Source: Octopus bimaculoides (Eukaryota). Taken from it: a stretch of DNA of 64,000 bases. Under the pieces are notes generated by a model. That model was not told where the DNA came from. It did no database searches and saw nothing but the letters and a program-made list of their open reading frames with translations. Of this stretch, positions 23,501 through 35,189 are shown one piece after another (position 1 is the stretch's first letter; every line of letters begins with the position of its first letter). The position numbers were made by a program, and so were the translations under genes. The stretch covers positions 18,455,320 to 18,519,319 of the forward strand of contig NC_068985.1 in NCBI RefSeq assembly GCF_001194135.2, in the 5' to 3' direction.

Positions 23501-26500
23501 TGGCAGAAACTGTTTGTGGGTTTGTGTCTCCTTGATTTTACATTGCATGATTCTTGTAAATGAGTGTCACTCTCATACAGACAGTGCCATCCATTTCCAG
23601 TATTCTGTGAAAACATGGCTGAGCATGAGGAAATATTAACTTGATTAGAAACAAGTGAATGTTGGTGACGGAAAGGGCATCAAGCCACAGAAAATCTTCC
23701 AAGTTAAAAACTCCATCTGACCCATGCCAGCATGGAGAAACAGATGTTAAAATGGTGATGCTGATGTATAAAATGTTTGTGCTCTATTTTTAGCAATTGT
23801 AAAATCCCCGCTGGCAGGTGACTTCATCATCATGGAAAGCAAGAAAATGTGTGAAGAACTTGATATTGAGATTGTCCCGCCATACCTTATACGTGCAAAG
23901 GTAAGGAATGTTTTTTGTTTTTAGAAAAATTGAATAATAATAATAATAATTGCAGTACCAGACAGTGGCTCTTATGGCTTTTGAAATTAACTGATTGGAA
24001 GTGTTATCATGTACATTGTTTTGTCTTGGTTTAAAAAGATGGGCTACAGCAAATATTCTGCTCAATACCACAGATTTGCTTGTCAGTTGTTTAACTTTAA
24101 CCAGTTGAGCATGTCCCTTAATGGCTGATGATATGTGCATCTCTAATCATGAGCAGTAGTGGGGGAGCATCATAACCATGTCATCATCATCATCATCATC
24201 ATCATCATCGTTTAACGTCCGCCTTCCATGCTAGCATGGGTTGGACGATTTGACTGAGGACTNNNNNNNNNNNNNNNNNNNNNNNNNNNNNNNNNNNNNN
24301 NNNNNNNNNNNNNNNNNNNNNNNNNNNNNNNNNNNNNNNNNNNNNNNNNNNNNNNNNNNNNNNNNNNNNNNNNNNNNNNNNNNNNNNNNNNNNNNNNNNN
24401 NNNNNNNNNNNNNNNNNNNNNNNNNNNNNNNNNNNNNNNNNNNNNNNNNNNNNNNNNNNNNNNNNNNNNNNNNNNNNNNNNNNNNNNNNNNNNNNNNNNN
24501 NNNNNNNNNNNNNNNNNNNNNNNNNNNNNNNNNNNNNNNNNNNNNNNNNNNNNNNNNNNNNNNNNNNNNNNNNNNNNNNNNNNNNNNNNNNNNNNNNNNN
24601 NNNNNNNNNNNNNNNNNNNNNNNNNNNNNNNNNNNNNNNNNNNNNNNNNNNNNNNNNNNNNNNNNNNNNNNNNNNNNNNNNNNNNNNNNNNNNNNNNNNN
24701 NNNNNNNNNNNNNNNNNNNNNNNNNNNNNNNNNNNNNNNNNNNNNNNNNNNNNNNNNNNNNNNNNNNNNNNNNNNNNNNNNNNNNNNNNNNNNNNNNNNN
24801 NNNNNNNNNNNNNNNNNNNNNNNNNNNNNNNNNNNNNNNNNNNNNNNNNNNNNNNNNNNNNNNNNNNNNNNNNNNNNNNNNNNNNNNNNNNNNNNNNNNN
24901 NNNNNNNNNNNNNNNNNNNNNNNNNNNNNNNNNNNNNNNNNNNNNNNNNNNNNNNNNNNNNNNNNNNNNNNNNNNNNNNNNNNNNNNNNNNNNNNNNNNN
25001 NNNNNNNNNNNNNNNNNNNNNNNNNNNNNNNNNNNNNNNNNNNNNNNNNNNNNNNNNNNNNNNNNNNNNNNNNNNNNNNNNNNNNNNNNNNNNNNNNNNN
25101 NNNNNNNNNNNNNNNNNNNNNNNNNNNNNNNNNNNNNNNNNNNNNNNNNNNNNNNNNNNNNNNNNNNNNNNNNNNNNNNNNNNNNNNNNNNNNNNNNNNN
25201 NNNNNNNNNNNCACATGAGCCAGTCCAGGGGCACCGGCAACGATCCTGCTCGAAAAAAACCTCATGTGTCACCCGCACAAGAGCCGGCCCAGGGGGAATT
25301 CTTTGGGGTTTGGATAATTCACCTTTGGAAACATAGGTGTTTTGTTCAGCATCTTTAAACAACCCTTATTCAGGGACCTTCTGAGCAGGATGAGCTACTC
25401 GACCTGAAGAAAATTCTAACTGGGCCCCACCTGCAAGGTCATGCACTGTTTATCTTGATATGAGATCGCCATGTCGCGCACATATGGTTGTGATGCATGT
25501 GCCTGGTGTATCCTTATCAGACGGGTAGTCATGATGGGTACACTGGGCTTCGTATATTTTACCCCAGTGTCACTTGATGGCATACTCTGCTCTCTCACTC
25601 AATAATAATAATAATAATTGGTGCATTGGGAACTATGAGCAAAGATGTAGACATGGTTGACAGAGATTGGAATAGAATGCTCTGTAGAGCTTCTACAGAA
25701 AGTTTGCCTCTTAGCGACAGGAAAGATTAACAGGAGGGTCTTAAGCACTTGAAAGACTATTGAAAGCTTGCTGATGCTTAAGGTTACAGGTAATAACCCA
25801 TTGCCCATGTAAATTCTACCAAGAATATGAACAAACCTGAGTCAAATCAATCAAAAATAATAAAAACATCAATAATAATAGTATTAATTGAAAGGTAAAA
25901 GAATGAAGTTAATGGAGTCTTTAGATTTGAGTTTAAGCCTAATAAAATCCTCTCTGTGTACTTATTTAAAAAATATTGTATTTTGTGTAACAGATAATAG
26001 AAATTTTATCTTTGTTTGTATTAAACCAATTTATTCTTGCAATATCAACCAGACGGGGAAATGTCAGCATCTAAAGTTGCTTTGGGGATTCCTATGCGTT
26101 TTATTCACAACAAATTAATCAATTTGAACACAGAATTCCTTTGATAAGTTAAATTTTGGTACTTATCATTAGAGTTTTATGTTTAGTATAACTCTGCCAG
26201 CAGATATTTGAAATTTTTCTTATAAGGTGCTGTGAAAGGAAAGAAAGAAGAGGTTAGATTTTATTGTACCTCAGGAGAATTGTTACACCAGTAATCAACA
26301 CATGCATTGGTTCTATTTCACTTCTCTTGTTATTAGTCACTTAGTCAAGCAATTAACTTATAGATAGTTTATTTAATTGTTTGGTCAGTTAGTTTGGTTT
26401 GTTAAAGTCCCTTCTTTGCCATTTGCAACCTCATCAGTGACATGCCCTCTCTACAACAGGTCTACCACAGCATCTCCATGACCAAACAGACCTCGAGTAG

Positions 26501-29500
26501 AAAGGGCATGTCATTGATGAGGTTGATTGATTGATTGACTGAACGATTAATTAAACAATCAGTTTGTTTATTGGTTAAATGATTAACTAATTAACTAACA
26601 ACAATAATAAGATAAGTGAAATAGAACCAGTGTGTTTATTATGGGCATAATGACCCTCACAACTTGAGCAAAATCTGTTTCAGTACGAGTTCACATCAAG
26701 AATTTTGCCATCCAAATAAAAAGGGGCTAGATGCAAAAAATTTGGTTAGATTCTGTTTTATGTTTAAGTCTTCCTTTACAATGTGGGGTTAACCACATTT
26801 CTCTGTAAGGAGCATAAGGCCAGTTTTCTGGTTTCTCTAGTGTGTATACTCCTCTCTGGATGGGATGGTAGTCTGTTGCAGGATTCCTCATTTTCACTGG
26901 CTGAATGGATTGCAGCAACATGAAATGAAGTGTTTTGCTCAATAACACAACACACCACGTGGTCTAGGAATTGAAACCACAATGTTATGATCAGGGGTCC
27001 AACACCCTAACCACTAAGCCATGCACCTCCACTTCCTATACAATGATTAGAGAAAATTCATCAGGATGTATAACAATGGAGATGACAAAGGACATGATGA
27101 GTGGAGAGATGTAGTGTTGAATGAACTCGTGCCAGCATAATGAACTATGTAAAACCTTATAGAAAGAAATCTTGTTCCTTGCAATAAATACATCTAAACA
27201 AATTTTTTCGTGGACCCTTAAAATACTACTGTGGATTTCCAATTAACTACTTTGCCTGCATGGACCCCTAAAAATCTTCTATGAATCCCGGTTGAGAACC
27301 ATTGTTCTAGATCCTTCTTGAACATCTTAGTTCAAGGGTTATAAATAGGCTTCTTCTTGAGTGCCAACTTGGCAGAGTGTCGTAGACGTCTGGACAGAAT
27401 GTTGTCTTTACTGTTGCTAATCTTAATTGCGTAGAGACTGGCTGATTCATTCCCTTGCTGCTTTTAAACAGTTGTTCTTATGACTACTATTCAACCTTAT
27501 GGACAGCAGCTAATGTTTTGCAGACATGCTGCTATAGTTTTACGATGTGAACCCTGTGAATATATTTTCTCCTGTCTCGGCAAGCTTAAGTAGAGAGCTT
27601 TTGTAATCAGCTATTTATAAATACTGCAGAATTATTCTTTCAGTTGTGTTGACTCTTGGAAATTTCCTAATTCATGACCCACCTGAATATCACTTGTGCA
27701 GTGAATAAATGCTATTGAATGTTTGCATGGTGTTGTTATATCATTCACACACAGCCTTACCTACAAAACACTATTTGCAACAAATATATTAACTCATTCA
27801 GACCCAAACAAAAGCTTGTTTCTTAAAGTTGTAAAAATGAATTTTCCAAGATGTCTATCAGTAATTAATTTTCACTGTAATTCCAGGAAGCTGTACAAGA
27901 GAATGAATCACCTAAATATATAAAAAGGGAAGTTCCTGAAGTTACTAAATCATTCCATAACTACATGGTCAAGGTAAATTTCTTTGGTATTTTACTAATT
28001 TCTTACATAAACACTACTGTATACCTAAGTAGGGCTTCTGTCAGTCAGGATTGACCATGTATCTGTACATGTTCATGCAGGCTTGAGCAAGATTTTTTTT
28101 TATGGAAGACTGGTTGCTGTACATTCTTGCAAGTCACTTTCTTGACAAATTGGTGCCACGTAAAAAGCACCGATGATGGTGCCACATAAAAAGTGTTCAT
28201 GCTGGTGACATTGTTAGTATGCCGGGTGAAATGCTTAGTGGTATTTTGTCTGCTGTTACGTTCTGAATTCAAATTCTGCTGAGGTTGACTTTGCCTTTCA
28301 TCCTTTTGGGTCGATTAAATAAGTACCAGTTATGCACTGGGTTGATGTAATCGAATTATTCCCTTTGTCTGTCCTTGTTTGTCCCCTCTGTGTTTAGCCC
28401 CCTGTGGGCAATAAAGAAATATATATATATTTGTTTATCTGCCCCACAGCTTGACAACCAGTGTTGGTTTGTTTACATCCTTATCCTAGCTGTTCAACAA
28501 AAGAGACTTAGTACTTAAAAATACGTACTAGGGTGGCATGAATTGTTTGAGTAAGCCTTTTAACGCAATGCTCCAGCATGACTGCAGTCCAATGACTGAA
28601 ACGAATAAAAGATAAAAAATAAAATATTTGATGACTTTTGTGTTTTCTACCTGATTCTTTATCAATTAATTTATTCCTTTTTATTTCTTACTAGGATGTC
28701 CTTCAAGATTTTGTTGCTACTGTTTTGCAAGTGTCTGATAGTCCTTATGAAGAAAGGTAGAGTATTATCTTTGGTTTCGTCTATATTTTCTCCTTTTAAC
28801 TATTTGTCATCTATAATGGTTTATTTTCATAAGACAATGGGAAACTGAAATATTTCTTGCATTCAAATAACAACATTTTGCAAGATTGGCACTTAGCTAC
28901 ATGTGTTGTGGGTTGATCCCACTTAGCTACATGTGTTGTGGGAGGGTGCAGTTGATCCAGTCAGACCAGCATTTGACTGGGGAATGAATTACTTTAGCAG
29001 CCTGAAAAAAGGTGAAAATATAAAAAATTGACTTAATGGAACTTGAATTAAGAACTTAAAAGGGAGATAACCAATATTAATATAGATTCCAACATGGTTA
29101 TGTGGTTAAGAAGCTCACTTTGATACCATGTGGTTTTGGGTTCAGTCCAACTGCACAGCACCTTGGGCTAGTGGATTCTCCTATAACCCCAGGTTGAGCT
29201 TTGTGAGTGAATTTGGTCGTTGGAAACTGTGTGGAAGCCTATCATGTATATATATATATATATAGTTTGCAGATATGAGACTGGTATTCTCTGTATAGAA
29301 TAGGCTTTGCAGTACTCAAGAAATTTTAATTTGAGCAGGTAGGGGAGTAAATGTAAGGACAAGCAATTTAGCCAAGTTGATATATAACAAATATTAAATA
29401 CATTTAATACAAAAATAAAAAAAAGTCTGACTTACACAGAATGGAAATGGTATCAGGAATTAACGGGTTTGAGTAGGAGTTTTACTTGTAAAATTCTTAC

Positions 29501-32500
29501 TCAATTTCCTTAATTCCTAATACCATTTCCATTCTGTATAAGTTGGAATTTTTTTTATACGTAAATATATGTATATTCTTTGTATTTAATATTTTTTCTA
29601 TATTGACTTGCCTAACTTGCTTGTCCTTTCATTAACACCTAAATATAATAAATATATGTATAGTTTACAGTTCCATATTAGGTAGGATCAATAAAAAAAT
29701 AAAAAAATGTACTCTATCCAGTGAGAGAGAGAGAGGTACTTAAAGCATGAAACTATTAGTAGCTCTTTTGTAATTGTATATATTAAATGATATATATATA
29801 TATATATATATATAAGCAGATATTGTGCCGGTGGCATGTGAAAAGGCATTCGAGTGAGATCGTTGCCAGTGCCGCTGGACTAGCTCCTGTGCTGGTGGCA
29901 CGTAAAATACACCATTTCGAGCGTGGCCGTTGCCAGTACCGCCTGACTGGCCTTCGCGCCAGTGGCACGTAAAAGCACCCACTACACTCTTGGAGTGGTT
30001 GGCATTAGGAAGGGCATCCAGCTGTAGAAACTCTGCCAAATCAGATTGGAGCCTGGTGTAGCCATCTGGTTTTACCAGTCCTCAGTCAAATCGTCCAACC
30101 CATGCTAGCATGGAAAGTGGACTTTAAATGATGATGATGATGATACATGTGTGTGTGTATCTATGTTTGTTACATTGCACTATCACTTGATAACTGCTAT
30201 TGGTTTGTGGACATCCCAGTAACTTAGTTGTGTGACAAAAGAGTCTGATAGAATAAGTACCAGGTTTAAAAACAAGTACTGGGGTTAAGATAGTGCTCCA
30301 GCATAGCTGCAGCCCAATGTCTGACACAAATAAGATAAAATAGCAAATTTATTTTTTTAAGATAAATTTGGCATCTACTATTTCTGACATTCTCAGTTGA
30401 ATGAAATTAAAATATATTGACATTTTAATTCTTCACAGCAAATAAATTCTTTCTGTATGTATGATAAATAAGACATTATATATAATCACTTTAATCCTTT
30501 AGCATTCAAACTGACCATATCCAGCCCAAATATTCTACCTGTTTCATATTCAAGCCAGCCAAATCTGGCTTCTTGCGCCTACTCTACAATATCATTCTAA
30601 AAATATATGATCACATCATCAAAATCTTGAAGTCACAAGCTTATACAAAACAGTGTGAATAGATAAGCATTATACTTGACCTATTAACCTGAATGCTAAA
30701 GAATTACTTGCGCTTTTTACATATCTTCATAACCTTTCTGATATTTCCTGTATCAATTTGTTTCTTCTCCAGCCAAACTGATACAATGCCATCACTTCAC
30801 TATGAATTTCCAACAGGTTACAACCAAGAGTTTGGTTGTAAAAGGTTTAAAGTAAGCGAAGGCCTATTTGATCCAAGCATTATCAAGGTAACATTTTTCA
30901 CTATTCACTTCAAGTTAGAAGAAATTCCTTATCAACTGATATGATTTGTCCCTGAGATATTTAGGTTAAGAAGTATCTTCTTCTATAGCCTTGAGCTATT
31001 TTCATCTATGGACCCTTGATTCCTATTTTACTTGGACGGACCCTCATAGTCATTCAATATTTTTATAAATCTTATTATATTTCTCTAATTAAATATTATG
31101 AGGAATTGTATTAAAAAAATTGTTAAAATATTTTGTATATTGTTGAAGTATAACCAATTCATTGGAGACAAATTTCAACAATTAAATCTGATATGAACCT
31201 CCAAGGACCATATGGATCCTAGTTAAGAACCACTGGTCTAAGTGAATTTGGTCTATGGAAACTGTAGGAAGCCCTTCATATGCATGTGTATATGTATGTA
31301 TGTATGTTAATGTCATTATTTGGGTGAAACAGTGGTAATGTTTACATTTCCTGTCGATATTATAACCAGCCATTCTGGTTTTTCAAAGCCATATAGAATA
31401 GAAAATCTCTTGCTTGAAAAACAGGAGTGGGTTGGCATCAAGTAAGGTATCCAGCTGCTTAAAATCAATTTCCATTCAAGCCATGCTAACATGATAAAAA
31501 TGGATGTTAAACAAACAAGTGAATGATGACCATTTCTTATTTATGATAGTGACGGTGTTATTTAGTTGCAGATCAGGCTTCATTGATCAGATCTGTAATC
31601 AAAGATATTCCAGCTTTGACCATCATGTATTTTTGTCTATCTAAGACTAGTTGATAACTTTTGGTTTAGTCAGTGCTTCAGCATCTTAGACACTTGGCTA
31701 TGGTAACTTTACTTGACCACAATGCCTTTTTTTTATTTATTGCTTTAATTTTCTCTGCTACTTTATCACATTTCGGGCCATACACTGCTTATTGTCAACA
31801 AAAATTTGCAAAATAGTTTATTTTGAAATTACTTTGTGGTTAAAATGTAAACATTTAAATCTTCACATTATTTTGTTCCTCTTCTTCCTCCAAATGGTCA
31901 TACAAAAATCTATGCTCTTTGAAAATCAACACTGAACAATTCTGAGCCCATTCATCTTGGAGTCAGTATGTTTGTTTTCAGTATAATACACCTCATCTGC
32001 ATCAGTGAAAATTGTTCTCTCTAATAAACTAATATATACAGACATTCTAAAGCGACCTGTCCTTTTTCATCACTCACTGCATTCACCTCTATCTCCATCT
32101 TTAATCATCTGTCACTCCCTTCTTATGTTCTCCTGAACTTATCCCTCTACTCTTTCTGTTTCTCTCTCCTTATTCTCTTTAATATTCATCTTGTTCTTGA
32201 GATACCCTGACACCTCATCACCATTGTTCTTTTCTTTCTTCCCTGTTGGGCATAGCCATGTATCTCCTCCTCTACACCAAGACACCTGTTCTATTCCCTC
32301 TACCACCTCTCAACAACTTGTATAAAGCCACCTCCCTCTCTACCTCACTCAGTCAAAGGGTGAGACAGTCCTTGTGAGTTACTTGGTGACTTCTCTAGTA
32401 TTGGTGCTACAAAAGAAAAAAAAAGCACCCAGTACACTCTGTAAAGTGATTGGCATTGAGAAAGTATCAAACCTTAGAAACCTTGCCAAAGTATACACTG

Positions 32501-35147
32501 GAGTTTGTCACTGTCCTTCAGCTTGTCAGATACTGTCAAACCTCCAGCCCATGTCAGCATGGAATTCTGGGCATTAAATAATGATGACGATGAAATTCAC
32601 TGGTTTTGGTTTTAAACAAAATCAATAGGAAAGTTGCAAACGTTGAAAAATCTAGCAAGCAAAATATCTGTATGCATTTTACATCATACACTGCAATGAA
32701 CAGGTATTAAAGAGTTGGACAGTATTACAAGGCTGCCAGTTTATTTATAGAAGACGTATATAATTAGCTGAATTGGCTCTAAATTATCCTGAGGGGGTGA
32801 AAAGCAGTTTCAGTTTTAGCATGATTTGAACTCAGCCATAAGGCAAAAATTTAAGCTGGGTGACATTTAGTGCAGTGTTCTACCAATTCTATTAGTCTTC
32901 TATGTTACATACTAATCTAATTTTATATATTTAACCTTTAACTCCTATAAAGTATACCTATAGGGTATACTTAATGACACAGCAACTAATTCATATTCCT
33001 ATTAAGAATATAATTATCTGTTTGGCTTAATATAATAATATAGGCCAAAATTTGTTGAGGATTATTGAGGTTGTTGATGTTTTAATTAATAATAAGCTAA
33101 GTGTATCAGACAGATGCATTTTTTCTAGCGGTTTTTTACTGATAATCTGAAAGAATTGTAAAATTTGTCTAACAGTTTTCATTTTCTTTTTTTATTTGAC
33201 ACTACATGATATTTCAAGATCAACAAAAAAACCCACTTTAATTTAACTATCTCTGCTTCCCACTCAAAACTTATATTTGTATGAAAGTAGTTTCTGTAGA
33301 TGGTGGTGGTGGTGAACCCTCTTATTACTTCAAGAAGTGAGGTGTTCAGCAAGACACAGTACAAAAATATAAAGACAACCGTCACCCTGTGTACAGGATC
33401 AAAGCTGAAGACTGAATAGCATCTCCACCTGTCCCTGTTGCCTCTTTTCCTATCACCATTGAACTTATGAAGAAAGTGTGTTGGTGCTGGTGTCTTGGTT
33501 TGCTGAGCAACCTACATGATAAATATTCTTATAGTGGGCATGGTTTGTGCTGAGCCAAACTCACTCTCGTCCTTCAAATGTATATTCATCTGGTTGCAAT
33601 GCTTGCATGAATTCCTGTGACTTTCTGTCATCATCCAATTTTATTGTTCATCATATTTGTCAGGTTAGAAGGATTGCAGTTTATGTCGTCACAAATCACT
33701 TTGATATAGATCTTGGTTTTGTCCTCTGCTAGCTCTTCTTTGTGTAGGCTCCCACAAAAGAACTGTACTAACAATTTCGTCTTTAGCTCACCAGCAAAAC
33801 TCTGTGAATCTAACTCTATTCTCTTTGATGATGTCTGATACGAACTGAAGGTTCCCATACAATTGCTCATTGGTCAGACAATCTCTGCAAGTGACACAGT
33901 TATCAGTCTCTGTGTTAACTCTGACAAAGCAGAATACATAAGCTTAAATCCAAATGGAACAATCAAATCATTATCTAGCATACCTCTCAAATGTGTAGAA
34001 GAATTTACTTATGTAAGTAGCAAAATATCTAACTGTGGGAGTGATATAAAAACATGTATTGGTAAAGCCTGGGCTACCGTCAACAAGTTTTCTCTTGTGT
34101 GGAAATCTAAACTTCTAGAAAATATGAAAAGGAGTTTCTTTCAAGCCACTGTTTCCTGTTTTATTTATGTCTCTTCAGCATGGATCCTTACCTCAAAACA
34201 TATTGGCCTGGAATAACAAGTGCTACAAGCCTAGTAGCTTATCAGGATGCTGGATATATGGAGTTACCTTCTCTTAGATGAACAGTTAAAGAGCTCAAGT
34301 GCCTCATCTGCCCTTGGTCCATTTGGGTGTCTGTCAGTGACCCTCATCCAAAAGCAATTCTTTGACATGCTAATTAACCCATGGCTGAGCTGGGATCCTA
34401 GAAGGTGCTACTACTCCAGGTTAGAACCATAGTGGCTAAAAGGTGGTTCAACAGAGCATAGTTTTCTCGAGATGTGTCTGCTCAAACTAGTGAAAGAGTA
34501 CTATGTCCATTACTTAACTATTCTTAAGTACAGATGTTTTTAATGCATTTTTCTATGTAAAACTTATTGCAGGATGTTCCAGGAAACACAATGCTAAGTG
34601 TAGGCCATGTTGTAACAACAAGTGTCGGAATGTGTGATATTGATATACGACCGGTAAGTTAATCAATTTTACCTTTCTTATTGCTACTCATGTGTGGCGT
34701 CTTATTTTTTAGGAATTTGTTAAAAATGTGTGTGTGTGCCAGATGTATACTTCTGTCAGTGTTGTCTCTATATACACATGATGTGGGTGTGTGTGTCTGT
34801 GTGTCTATACTCTATATTAGTGTTTCTCAACCTTTTTACTCTTTCCTGCTGAACCCTAGGTTTCCGTGGAACTCTGGTTGAGAAATGCTGCTGTGTGTGT
34901 ATACAGACACATATACACATATGTGTGCTAGGATTTATGTGTAGTTTTATATCTCTGTCAGTCTGTGTACGCACATGTGTGAGTCTGTATATGTCATTTA
35001 GACTGCTTCGAAGAATTTTAGTCGAACAATTTGACTCCAGGAGTTAATACATACATTTTTGCTGAAGCGCTAAGTTATGGGGAAGTCAACACACCAACAT
35101 TGATTGTCAAGTTGCAGGTGGTACACACACAGACACACGCACCCACA

Positions 35148-35189
<42 letters not shown>

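Noticed and set aside
24205-25362. Long ORFs of 325-385 aa (also 47579-48406)
   Set aside because: They are runs of N translated as X.
29830-29965. CRISPR-like repeat-spacer array
   Set aside because: Units are degenerate, the spacers resemble each other, they sit in a retroelement 3' UTR, and there are no cas genes in a eukaryotic intron.
29885-29975. Dispersed hypoxia-response-like motif (TACGTG on the minus strand) in the RTE tail
   Set aside because: A 6-mer inside a high-copy repeat gives no evidence of function.
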